Position numbers and translations under genes: made by a program. From Phoronis australis (taxonomy: Eukaryota > Animalia > Phoronida), in contig NMRA01000493.1 of the NCBI GenBank assembly GCA_002633005.1, forward strand, positions 111,647-175,646: DNA of 64,000 nt, given 5' to 3'. The notes under the pieces are model-generated. The model was not told where the DNA came from, searched no databases, and saw nothing but the letters and a program-made list of their open reading frames with translations. Shown here one piece after another: positions 39,501 through 50,400 of the stretch. How positions within the stretch are numbered: position 1 is the stretch's first letter; each line of letters opens with the position of its first letter.

Positions 39501-41789
39501 AAAATATTACGTAAACACATACCTTCAAGCGACAAAATCCATCTATAAATAGAACACTCTACATAACGCATTTCTTGTAAGATAAAGTAATTTCTTTAGG
39601 AACAGCAAATGGACTGAAATACCCACAGGATTCACCTTCATCGTGAGATTCAAATCCAGCCCTTGCAACATTTTTATCATGATAACTCGATGGAGAGCAC
39701 TAATAAGCTATAGACGATGAAAATAGTGTTGAGCGATGTATTTTGGAGTATAGTTACATTACAATATTATCTAACCATGCATTGACATAAACGTTAACAT
39801 ATGAGTGTCAAAAGTGCCAATGGAACGCCAGACCGACAGGATTTCGAAGACGCACCGCGGTCTCGAGTCCACTGCCAGCAGCCAGCGAGCTTTGTAGTTA
39901 ATTGCAAAGCCAAAAACAGTGGCGGATTTAGAGGGGGGCCAAGAGGGCCATGCCCCCCCCTAAAATTCTCCCAGATTCCATTTGGCAGTACGTTGGTGCG
40001 AATGTCTGACGGGCAAAATCCTGGCCAAAACTCTGCCCTGCCCCCCAACTCAAAATCCTGGATCCGCCCCTGGAAAACATTTGTAGAGTGAAATTGTCCG
40101 GAATAGCAGACGATAACTGCACTCATTGCTTGTCTATACATTCCAGAGTAAAAAGTCGGACAAACACTCAAAATCAAGCTCAAAAAAGAACGGGAAGAAA
40201 AAACAGGTAATGGCACATGACGCACAAGGGTGCAAGCACAAACAAAATAAAAAATCTATCTACGAAATTACTGTTTTCTGGTCCTATCCCTATTCGTATA
40301 AAAGCCGCTAGGTACATGCTAAGGGCCACCAGCCTTTCTAAAGACTAACACACACGACTACTCTTTAGCCAACTAAGCACTAATCCTGTTTTTACAATTA
40401 ATATTGGCAAAATTCATTGCACAGTAGACAGAAGACGAGTAAACGATACATTTCTAGCAGGAGCAGGCAGTGAAAAAGGAAAAGACCTCGTCGGATCCTT
40501 CCCAGCAAGGAAAAGAGGCAGAATCTTCTACTTCGGCAGTAAGTGAGCAATCGAAAGCCAACGACGGATCGTCTGCCTCGGCGCTAAGCACACAAAGTGA
40601 TGCCACAACTTTGAAAAGTGCAGACAGCGATGCAGAGAAGAAAGACAAACCAAAAAGGTTCCTCAGGCGAAGGCATCTTCACCATCAATACAAAAAGAAG
40701 GCCAACTGGAGAATGTGGAAAAGACGAACATCGAAAGAAACGTGGCAGCCACTCTACTTGCGCGGAGTCTTCGAGCGAATGGCAAACGATATTCCCTGTT
40801 GCACCTCTGATGCGAAAATGTCTCACAAAAGCAGAAGCATGACTAAGATAGTCAGCAAAGGCAAGTCGATCGTGCAAGAGAAATTTGAGCGCTGCAAGCA
40901 AACCAAAAGCTACAAGTTACTAAAATCCATGTACGAGAAGTTTCAAGACTGGTGGCCCCCCTGGGAGAGTGATGGGTTGAAAATGATAAAGAAGTCAAAC
41001 AAGGAGGCAATGAAACGTATAAAGGAGAAGACAAACCCGATAAAGGAGTCAACTTCTGAGACAGCTACAAGCGCAACACCGAGTAAGTCGATTGACCGAC
41101 CGAAGAAACGAGAGGTGAAGAAAACATTTCAATGTGAAAAAAACGCGACTTGCGGCGATAGAATGGGAGTTTATATGAGAAATTGGCTGGCTCCATATAT
41201 AGGAAGTAGATCCGAGGAAGATCGAAAGGAAATGGAAAAGACGAGAGCTGAAGAAGCAAAAAAACAGGCCAGCAAAATCACCAAAGAAATCCCCGTGAAA
41301 AGCTTACCATCGGGAAATCGCGAAAAAGAGGTTTCTAAAAAGAAATCATGGTGGACCTGGGCTTCAAACATGGACATAGTGGCGAAAATGACGTCATCAA
41401 AAACTTTGACAACATCTAACAGCAAGACATCCGGGAAATCAGCCGACAACTCCGCGACAATGGCCGATACTAACAAAAGCGGCCATGAGATTTCGAAGGA
41501 AAATAAAGATGGCAAGAAGAAAGGTAAAGTAAAGAATAGGCCAAGCAAGAAATCAAGCAAGACATCAAGCAAGTCGTTGAAGGAGACAAACTCCTCTACT
41601 AACAAAAATGCCAAAAATAAAATTAAAAACTCTCCAAGTAAGTCATCGACGGAATCAAACTCAAAGAAAAGAGCTCGTCCCGCCAGCCGGTCGTCGTCAA
41701 AAAACAAGTCTTCTAAAGGCGTGAAGTTCAGCAAGTCTTCTGAAAAGTCAACAGAAATAATTAAAAGGATTCGAAACAAAGTGAAGTAA
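36517..41789 (+). CDS. Orphan basic Lys/Ser-rich protein, paralog B (~563 aa; predicted exons 36517-36570, 37468-37629, 38850-38891, 39457-39498, 40147-40206, 40458/40461-41789)
   Basis: All introns are phase 0 with AG/GT ends and all exons share K/S-rich composition (MNKNNSRKRKHSRKERPK-RETTASSSDG...SRKQ-AGKDEVVTKKSSDQ-STKTSGSLKSSSKK-SKKSDKHSKSSSKKNGKKKQ-...). The 1.33-kb last exon is ORF 40470-41789. ATTAAA follows at 41847. Confidence 0.7.
37121..37278. mobile_element. GC-rich dimeric MITE, 5-bp TSD ATATT (related copies ~33315-33432 and ~31241-31315)
   Basis: Ends CATGGGCGGCGCA...TGCACCGCCCACG. ATATT lies at 37116-20 and 37279-83. A highly similar copy lies at 33315. Confidence 0.7.
38967..39176 (-). 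mobile_element. tRNA-derived SINE with 10-bp TSD
   Basis: The minus strand begins GGAGACGTGATGTGGCTCAGTGG (A box) and continues to GGTTCGAATCC (B box). It is flanked by the direct repeat TTTGGTAAAT at 38957-66 and 39177-86. Confidence 0.85.
39917..40072. mobile_element. hAT-like MITE (CAG(T/G)GGCGGAT termini); partial copies at ~17119, ~33773, ~37061, ~59870
   Basis: CAGTGGCGGATT...GGATCCGCCCCTG inverted termini with poly-G/poly-C tracts. Confidence 0.7.
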
Positions 41790-43234
41790 AACAGGACAAC
41801 AAATTCCGCAAAGTGGCAGCACTAATTATTACAGCATGTCGGGAGCATTAAATAATACCATTGATAATGACGATTATGACTTAAAATCATGCACCTATAA
41901 ACCAGTTTCATTTATTAATGCAGTAATGTTGATAATAATAATAATGATTTAAAGGGACACTATCGTGTTTACAGCCGAAAAAACATTTCTGGGATTGCTG
42001 TTAGACGGGATAGATGTCTTGAAGATATTAGCTTCGAACAGAGCTATAGAACGAATTCCATTCGTTTTCTATTTGTTAAAAATCGCCAATTCCCAATTCT
42101 CGTCGATCTCTACCAGACATTCGCTGAAGTCGAGGCTAGTGGCTTTCCATTTCCATATCATTGCCATCGAAGTTCCATAAACGGGAAACCAAACTTACAA
42201 CGTCATTACTAAGGAGGCGCGGGGTTAACTTCTGTCGACTTGACAGGAATGTCTGTGCCCCATTCAGTAAACCAATCGAACAAAGGCACAATGGCCTTGC
42301 AAACCGCATCTACTGATAATATCTAGCCTGCCTGAGAGCGATACTAAAAACAACACAAAAACCTCAGTAACACCTCTGTCGTCTGATCTTGAGTATATAG
42401 TCCACTGGATTACAGTATGTTAATTACTCAGAGAAAAGGTCAACCCCACTTTTATGATATAGTTCTCGTGGGCATTCTTGGCCATAACACTCTGAAGCTG
42501 TCTAACCAGTATGATTTGGCTCAGCCGCAGAGCGTTTAGCTGCGAAGCTAGTTCTATTCCGCGCTATCTCTAATTTCTGTAAAATCATTTTTCTCAAAGA
42601 GAATGTCTTTAAAATCCGAGACAAATACAAATCTGCTGCAGATTTGTTATCTGGTTGTTTTCAATTTTCGTTTCAGTTACGTCCCAATCAGTTATTGTTT
42701 GAATTTAGTAGCCATTACACACTTTATTGGGTCCCAGTTTGAAATTTTGTGCACTACAACAGAAAGACTTTTTCCGGTTTCTAGCCAGAACACGAAAAAC
42801 ACAAAATAAGTCCAATAATTCTTGCAAAGTACCCTAGACTAAAAATGTCCTCATCGTAGAAACTGATTTCTACAGGGAATGCATATGAAATTTAATTTAT
42901 CTTAAAAGGAAACTCCAAGTAATTGACCTGAAGCAACACATTTGGACATGTTGGCCAACCTTGACAAAATTACTGACTTTATGCTTCTTTTTTACTTTAA
43001 TGGCCACTCGCAGGCATCACTTTCAATGTATGGAAAGGTTTCAAGGAAAGAGTTGTAAGGAAGCTCCTCTGTGTCTGATGACTGTCAGATATTGACTGCC
43101 TGAATACAAAATAACACTAGGTGCCAACTTAGCTGGGTGACAAAAATTTTAAAAGAACCAACACATCTTTCATGAATAGAATATGGTATATTTCATTGTG
43201 CGTCCTTAAAAGCAATTCTACAGTGATTCAAAGT

Positions 43235-43240
43235 TTTATT
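43235..43240 (-). terminator. Candidate polyadenylation signal for NPEPL1
   Basis: AATAAA on the minus strand ~1.25 kb past the stop codon. Confidence 0.3.
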
Positions 43241-43870
43241 TAATGCAGTAATTGAGATGAAACCATTTAAAAATTCAAAGAGCACAGTAATCAGTAGCTT
43301 TTCAGCAGACTATTTTCACATTCAAATTCACTACATAAATCAGACAGAATTAAAAGGAAAACAGGAAAGGTGAGGCAAGACATGAATATGGGGGGGGGGG
43401 GTTGTTATGGCAACCATATAGTATGTAAGAAATGACAAACATTAACACATCTCTCAAATTAATAATGCATTAATTATATCCAATGTTTTGACATCCCAAC
43501 ATGATGAAACCCACCATCATTTGCCTTCATCAATCACAGCTCAAGTGGATGTTCATGACCACGATTATTTGATCAAATGAGTTAGAAATGCAATGCATTG
43601 CAACAAGGTGAATTTAAAGTGGCATGAATGTTGCTAAGCGTTTTTCACAACATATTTTGATTTTCTGCAAGATCACTGACCCAAGTCCAGTACTTAATGG
43701 GACGCAGTCCTGGAGAGTACCACTACAAGTTATGTCAGTCCATGAGCTATGTCTGTCATTTTCAGATTTCTTTCACACTTTACAAAATATCTATGAATAT
43801 AACTGCAGCTAGGTTAGCGTAAGACATGTTAACAGACTAACTGTTTAGTCCCTGCATCAATAGCCACGTT

Positions 43871-43950
43871 CAGGGGTCACGGAATTTGAGAACCAGTTTG
43901 CTGCCCATTATTCAGTGAAGAAAACTGGTTCTCAAAATACAGGACCCCTG
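43871..43950. mobile_element. 80-bp hairpin MITE in the presumed NPEPL1 3' UTR; lone end at ~47966
   Basis: CAGGGGTC.....TTTGAGAACCAGTTT pairs with AAACTGGTTCTCAAA.....GACCCCTG. Confidence 0.7.
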
Positions 43951-44480
43951 TAGGTTCTTGCTATATCATAACATAACTCAGAGCACACACTTATACTGCT
44001 ATAAATCACCAGACTGTAATCATATCCAAAATCATTTAACTGACTCACAGACATAGCATTTTAGCATTTTCTCTCAACAAAGAGCCTTGAAGACAGCACA
44101 AGCCCACAGAGCACTGATAAAGATAGAATACACACTGAAAATAATGAGACAAAATTTTCTGGTATTCCTGTCACTGTATCTAACTACAAGGGCAATGCCC
44201 CTAAAACAATAAAATGACTTCAAGTGAATTCACTGACAGAGAAGCTGGAAAGATGAGTCATAACAAGTCACATGTCAACAACCCACGGTGGGAATATAGA
44301 TTCCGTCTATTTTCAGCAAATACTGTACTTGCATGTTTAAAAAATTCTAAGACTAAATAACAAGTTCACTACCCATGATGCAACACTTTGTAGCAGTCCA
44401 CCATTTTGGTCCCTCATTTTGCTTAACTGCTCCAAAATCAAAAATCCCATTTACCATGAGTTACAATGTACTGGGAGTCT

Positions 44481-47400
44481 TCAGTCAGAAGTTATCCTCA
44501 TTCTCTTATTGGTTGTTTCCTCACCATCCATCGAATCACTCACAGTATCAACAGAGGGAGCCACTGACTGGAGAAGACTGTTCTTGGACATTTTTCCAAA
44601 CAGCGTCAAAAGAAGAGCAACACCATAACCGCTCGCCCTCTCACCCTCAAGTAAAAAATCATAAAAAACACGAGTCAGCCAAGCTTTAAAATGTGTCACA
44701 AGTACATTAAAATTGGATATTTGTGTATTAACAAAAACCATTAGTCATTTCAAGTAAATGACAACACCAAACGTCTGGTAAAATAACAATTTCAGATGAA
44801 AATGTTTTTTCAAAGACTGCAAATGCCTCCAAGTTTTTAAATATTGTCAAGTGATAACTACGGTACAGAAGTTGAGAAAGGATTAAAGCATTAATTTGGT
44901 GCTATATATCTTTATGGAAAAATACAAAACAATTTTTTTCTTGACTGCCATATACTGTGTCCAAAATGGGCGAAGTTTTACCATAATCGAATGAGAAATA
45001 TGCAAGTAAGTCAGCTTACATCAATGCAAACAGGGTCAGTAACTATAACTCTAAAACTTTGCAACTGACCACTTCTTGCTAAAAGAACTAAACTGGTCAT
45101 ATTTTAACTATTCTCAACTGTGAATCCATTATTATCTCTCATTACTCCAACCCAGTGGTCCCGATGGCTCAGATGACTAGAGCGTCTGCAAGGTTAGTAG
45201 AAGGACCCAGGTTCAAGTCCCCGTTGAGGCAGAAATCTTTTCTTACTTACATTAATTAGATCACATGATGTGGTTACCGGTGGCATACTGACCAGACTTT
45301 AAAATGTTTGTGAACCAAAACAAACTAAACCGTCTATCCCCGCAGGCCTAGAACCAACGACTTCAAATTCAATGTTCAGATCCACCTATAGGTTCAACTA
45401 CATGTCTTGACATACCACATTACGCCAACCAACTCAGCCTACAATCTCCTGTACTCACCACATGTACAGGATACGCCATGTCTAGGTGGAGCCACGTGCC
45501 AGTAAAGTCAAAACCAATATGTGACATGATGAAGAGGCCAGCACAGGACACCTGTGCATTACTGCGATCCTGAAAAGAAAATGCACAGACGTACAGATAC
45601 AAGCATGAAGAGGGATCAGTCTGCAAGAAAACCAGACATTCTATACGAACAGACTTGACACACATAAATGTACTATAGACTTCAATATCTAATCACTTTG
45701 CAAGTAAAAAATAAAGCTTCTTACCGAAAACGTTTGACCAAATTTCAAGTAATTTTACTAAGTGTTATTTTTTGTCTCATTTCCACTTGACTTGTTTTGC
45801 AGTGACTTAAAGAGTTCCCACCATGACCCTGTATCTCAAAAAGAATTTTTCAATACATCTTAAGAGATTTAATAGCCTTTAGTATACCTGTTGCTAAGAA
45901 ACAAGCCAAAAATTTTTTTAAATATTTTTTTTCTGTTATTGAGGTTGTACGTAATTGGTGGAAGACTTTATCTGCCATGTTTTTATCAGTACGATACTGA
46001 GGAGTTGTGAGAAGTACGAGGAGAGCCACCTTTTTCAGACATGAAATGGTGCATTTGTGGAGGCTGTGGTAACAGAAACTTGACAGAGAATGTCTCTGTG
46101 TTCAAATTTCCTAAACACATGAAATTTGCACAGAAATGGCATCGGTTTGTGCGCCACACGAAAGTGCGGAATGTCAAGAGGAACACGCCAAAAGCGGCAT
46201 CACGATGAAGGACTCGCCACCTTGTAAGTGCATTTGCAAATTTTATTAATAACAAACTGCTTACATTGTTAAGCAAGTGATGCTAGGCCCTTGACCAAGT
46301 GATGCTAGGCCCTTGACCCCGGCCCAGTTCGAGTGCTACAGCACATAGGTTTGTGCACTGTGTTTAGATCGTGCTCATTCCATCATGGCAATTGTGAAAA
46401 CGAGTAATCCAGGTTTACTGTGGCCATTGTCAGTGATTATTAAGTGTCTATTTTGTGAATATTGACCACCCCTTGGTTCAGTTGGTTGTGGTTCACATAT
46501 GTCTGCAGCATTTCTCGTGCAAGTGGGTTGAGTTCATAAGCTCTCAAAGCTGACGAAAGTTTGCTAAGTGGGACATGGAATTCATCGTTTGATTCATCAA
46601 GTACTAATAAGTGTAATGACCGTATCCACTCTCTTCTCTGTCTCCATACTAATTGTTCACTTCTTCTCTGTCTCCATACTAATTGTTCACTTCTTCTCTG
46701 TCTCCATACTAATTGTTCAGTTCTTCTCTGTCTCCATACTAATTGTTCACTTCTTCTCAGTCTCCATACTAATTGTTCAGTTCTTCTCTGTCTCCATACT
46801 AATTGTTCACTTCTTCTCTGTCTCCGTACTAATTGTTCACTTCTTCTCTGTCTCCGTACTAATTGTTCACTTCTTCTCTGTCTCCGTACTAATTGTTCAC
46901 TTCTTCTCTGTCTCCGTACTAATTGTTCACTTCTTCTCTGTCTCCGTACTAATTGTTCACTTCTTCTCTGTCTCCGTACTAATTGTTCACTTCTTCTCTG
47001 TCTCCGTACTAATTGTTCACTTCTTCTCTGTCTCCGTACTAATTGTTCACTTCTTCTCTGTCTCCGTACTAATTGTTCACTTCTTCTCTGTCTCCGTACT
47101 AATTGTTCACTTCTTCTCTGTCTCCGTACTAATTGTTCACTTCTTCTCTGTCTCCGTACTAATTGTTCACTTCTTCTCTGTCTCCGTACTAATTGTTCAC
47201 TTCTTCTCTGTCTCCGTACTAATTGTTCACTTCTTCTCTGTCTCCGTACTAATTGTTCACTTCTTCTCTGTCTCCGTACTAATTGTTCACTTCTTCTCTG
47301 TCTCCGTACTAATTGTTCACTTCTTCTCTGTCTCCGTACTAATTGTTCACTTCTTCTCTGTCTCCGTACTAATTGTTCACTTCTTCTCTGTCTCCGTACT

Positions 47401-50400
47401 AATTGTTCACTTCTTCTCTGTCTCCGTACTAATTGTTCACTTCTTCTCTGTCTCCGTACTAATTGTTCACTTCTTCTCTGTCTCCGTACTAATTGTTCAC
47501 TTCTTCTCTGTCTCCGTACTAATTGTTCACTTCTTCTCTGTCTCCGTACTAATTGTTCACTTCTTCTCTGTCTCCGTACTAATTGTTCACTTCTTCTCTG
47601 TCTCCGTACTAATTGTTCACTTCTTCTCTGTCTCCGTACTAATTGTTCACTTCTTCTCTGTCTCCGTACTAANTGTTGTAACCAACAACCAACTGCAGGG
47701 CGTATATATGATGCAGCTTGTTGTAACCAACAACTAACTGCAGGGCGTATACATGATGCGGCTTGTTGTAACCAACAACTAACTGCAGGGCGTATATATG
47801 ATGCGGCTTGTTGTAACCAACAACTAACTGCAGGGCGTATATATGATGCAGCTTGTTATAACAGGCAATAGTGTCATTCATGAGAAACTACTGTCCAGAA
47901 AAATTAGTGAGATCTCTTACTTCACAACTTCATGCATTTGCTGAAACTCAGGTAATAGTCACTTTCAGGGGTCACAGATTTTGAGAACCGATTTTCTCAT
48001 CAGGCTTTACTAAATTTAATATCTGAATATTCAACCAGCATGAAGGAAACAGCCTAGAAACATCCTCGGAAAAGCTGGGCGAATTTTGAAATATTTACGA
48101 AAACTACTGCCAGCCGAGTTACAATATACTTACAGCGACAGAGTTTTTCATATCAGCAACAGCACTAGAGAACTCACTGAAGTGCAGCTCAGGGGTGAAG
48201 GGTACGGGAAAGACTAGGTCGCCAGAGTTCCTGCCAGCCATCATACATGCCTCCTCCCATTCTTCTTGATTGGTCAGTATAGCACCATGATAACGACCTA
48301 GGCATGGGCAACAGCGATAAAACTAAATACACAGGGACAGAATGAATGAAAACACCAATGTTTAGCATAAATTAAAGTTGCATTTTGGTTTCTTTAGCTG
48401 TATAAAACACTGATGCCCAGTATAAACTAAAGATGCATTTTGTCTTCCTTATTTGCCTAAAAACACAGTCAGATGTCCAGTATCAATTAAAGTTGAATTT
48501 CGCCTTGTTTAGCTGCCTAAAAACAAAAATTGAATTTGGCCTTTCACTCTCATAATAAAATCCGTTTAAATTGTTCATAATATTTCACAACACCATAGGA
48601 TTCTTTTACCAACAACAACATCGATTACATTAACAACTTAAAGAAAACACATCGGAGTTTATTGTGGTTTGCTGAACTTAAAACTGTGCATTCAAAAACA
48701 GCACATGTACACATAGCCTCCGACTAGAGTGGCTGGCTCATTCGGCAACAAGGGATCGGACGAGTGTAGTTATGTTTTCAAATACAAAGGGCTTCTGTTA
48801 AGAAATCAACTTTGAGAGCTGAACATGGAAAAAATGCAGCTTTAAAACTTGAATGATCCAGAATGAAGGAACTGAACATTCTACTTATCTTAAGACGGTC
48901 ATATTCAACTAAATTGTTGTTTTAGTCAGCAAGTCATTGACAATAGATGAATAGAGGTATATAATCACAATAACTCTATACTAACACTTTAGGTGCATGA
49001 CACTGTCTGCCAAAAGACACATTCAAGAACTTAATGAGCAAGACACAAAATCAATTGTGTTAACACTTATGCAATACTTTCCATCAGTTTGAGACACAAC
49101 ATGGCGGAGTTCAGCTTTGTCAAATTTTCATAAAAATATTTTCACAAAAAATTTAGTGAGGTTCAGCAGTTGCCAAACAATTTTAGCTAATGAAATATTT
49201 AAGAAACAGCCATTTAATGAACATCTGATGAAAAATGTTCAATTTTAGAAACTGTTTTTATCCCAAACTGAAGAATGTATACCATAAGTCACCAGTGAAA
49301 GTGCTTATGCAGACAGAGCATTGTGCAATTGAATGACAAGTTCAAGGGCCTGTCTATGCCTAGACTGAAATTCAGGCTAAGTTAAGGCTGAAGATGAAAA
49401 TTCAAAAAAGACAATTTCATGAACACATGTTGGTCTTTGGTTTTAACTTATAGACAGAAATTAAGGGAGGATTTTTACATATTAAGTGAGTATACAAACT
49501 ATGCTTACACCACCTGTTGTGAATTCACAAAACTAAGCAGAGGAGTGCGTGAAATATGGTTTCAATAATAACCTTGGCCATCAAACACTAAGTGGGGATT
49601 TATTCATTTATGGATGCAACTGGCATCTTGTTTACGTGTGAAGACCCTGGTATGGCTGGAAAAATTTCACATTTTTGCAAGTAAGACAAAATGCATTGTC
49701 CCTAGGAGTCTAAGCTGCTTTGCCGGTTCTCAAATCGAAAGCAGACAACCTTTAATTTGACATAAATATTTAGGGACATTAGTTTGTGAAAAATGAGAGA
49801 TTTCATGAAACACAGCTAAGACGTTTTGATATTAAGTTAGCCCAATTTTGGTATAAGACAGAAAAAATTTCATGAAATGGGCCCCATTATATAGGGCAAA
49901 CATGGCAAGACATGACAAAACTTACACTACAGGTATACAGTGAACTTGTCGTACCTGTGGCTATGCCTTGCGCCCCCGTCAGAGTAGCCAAGTCAACAAT
50001 AATGTCTGCTTGTAGATCCTTCTGGGCATAAGCAACCTGAGTGGTAACAACATAACAAGCTATAACAGGCGGCTAATTGGCATGTGCCTGTAAACTACTA
50101 CAAAGGAAGGTTTGGGTTAACTTTTAACCTTACAGTTGGCTTAAATTAGACCATGCTTAAAATACTTTTTCATCATAACGTCAGTGTTCAGGATGGATAG
50201 GGAAGCGGGTAAAATATTTTACTACACGTAAAGCACATATAACAGAAACAGCAAAACAAAATGATTAAACGTCTTGTCGCAAAAATTGGTGGAATCGCCC
50301 CTTGTATGTACTTTTCGAGATTGTGAGTCCAAATTTCTATCATAAAAATATGTCCATGTTAAAAAACTCTGTTGTAGAAATCAATTGACAAAGTACAAGT

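Noticed and set aside
41171-41779. 202-aa hydrophobic minus-strand ORF (also 34841-35311 and 35393-35815)
   Set aside because: These are antisense shadows of the Lys/Ser-rich plus-strand exons.
46627-47862. CRISPR-like regular repeats
   Set aside because: The units are contiguous with no unique spacers, there are no cas genes, and the context is eukaryotic.
46561-47871. 436-aa and 389-aa repetitive ORFs (LCLRTNCSLL / VSVLIVHFFS)
   Set aside because: They are translations of a stop-free 30-bp intronic satellite, open in two frames, on the strand opposite NPEPL1, with no coding evidence.
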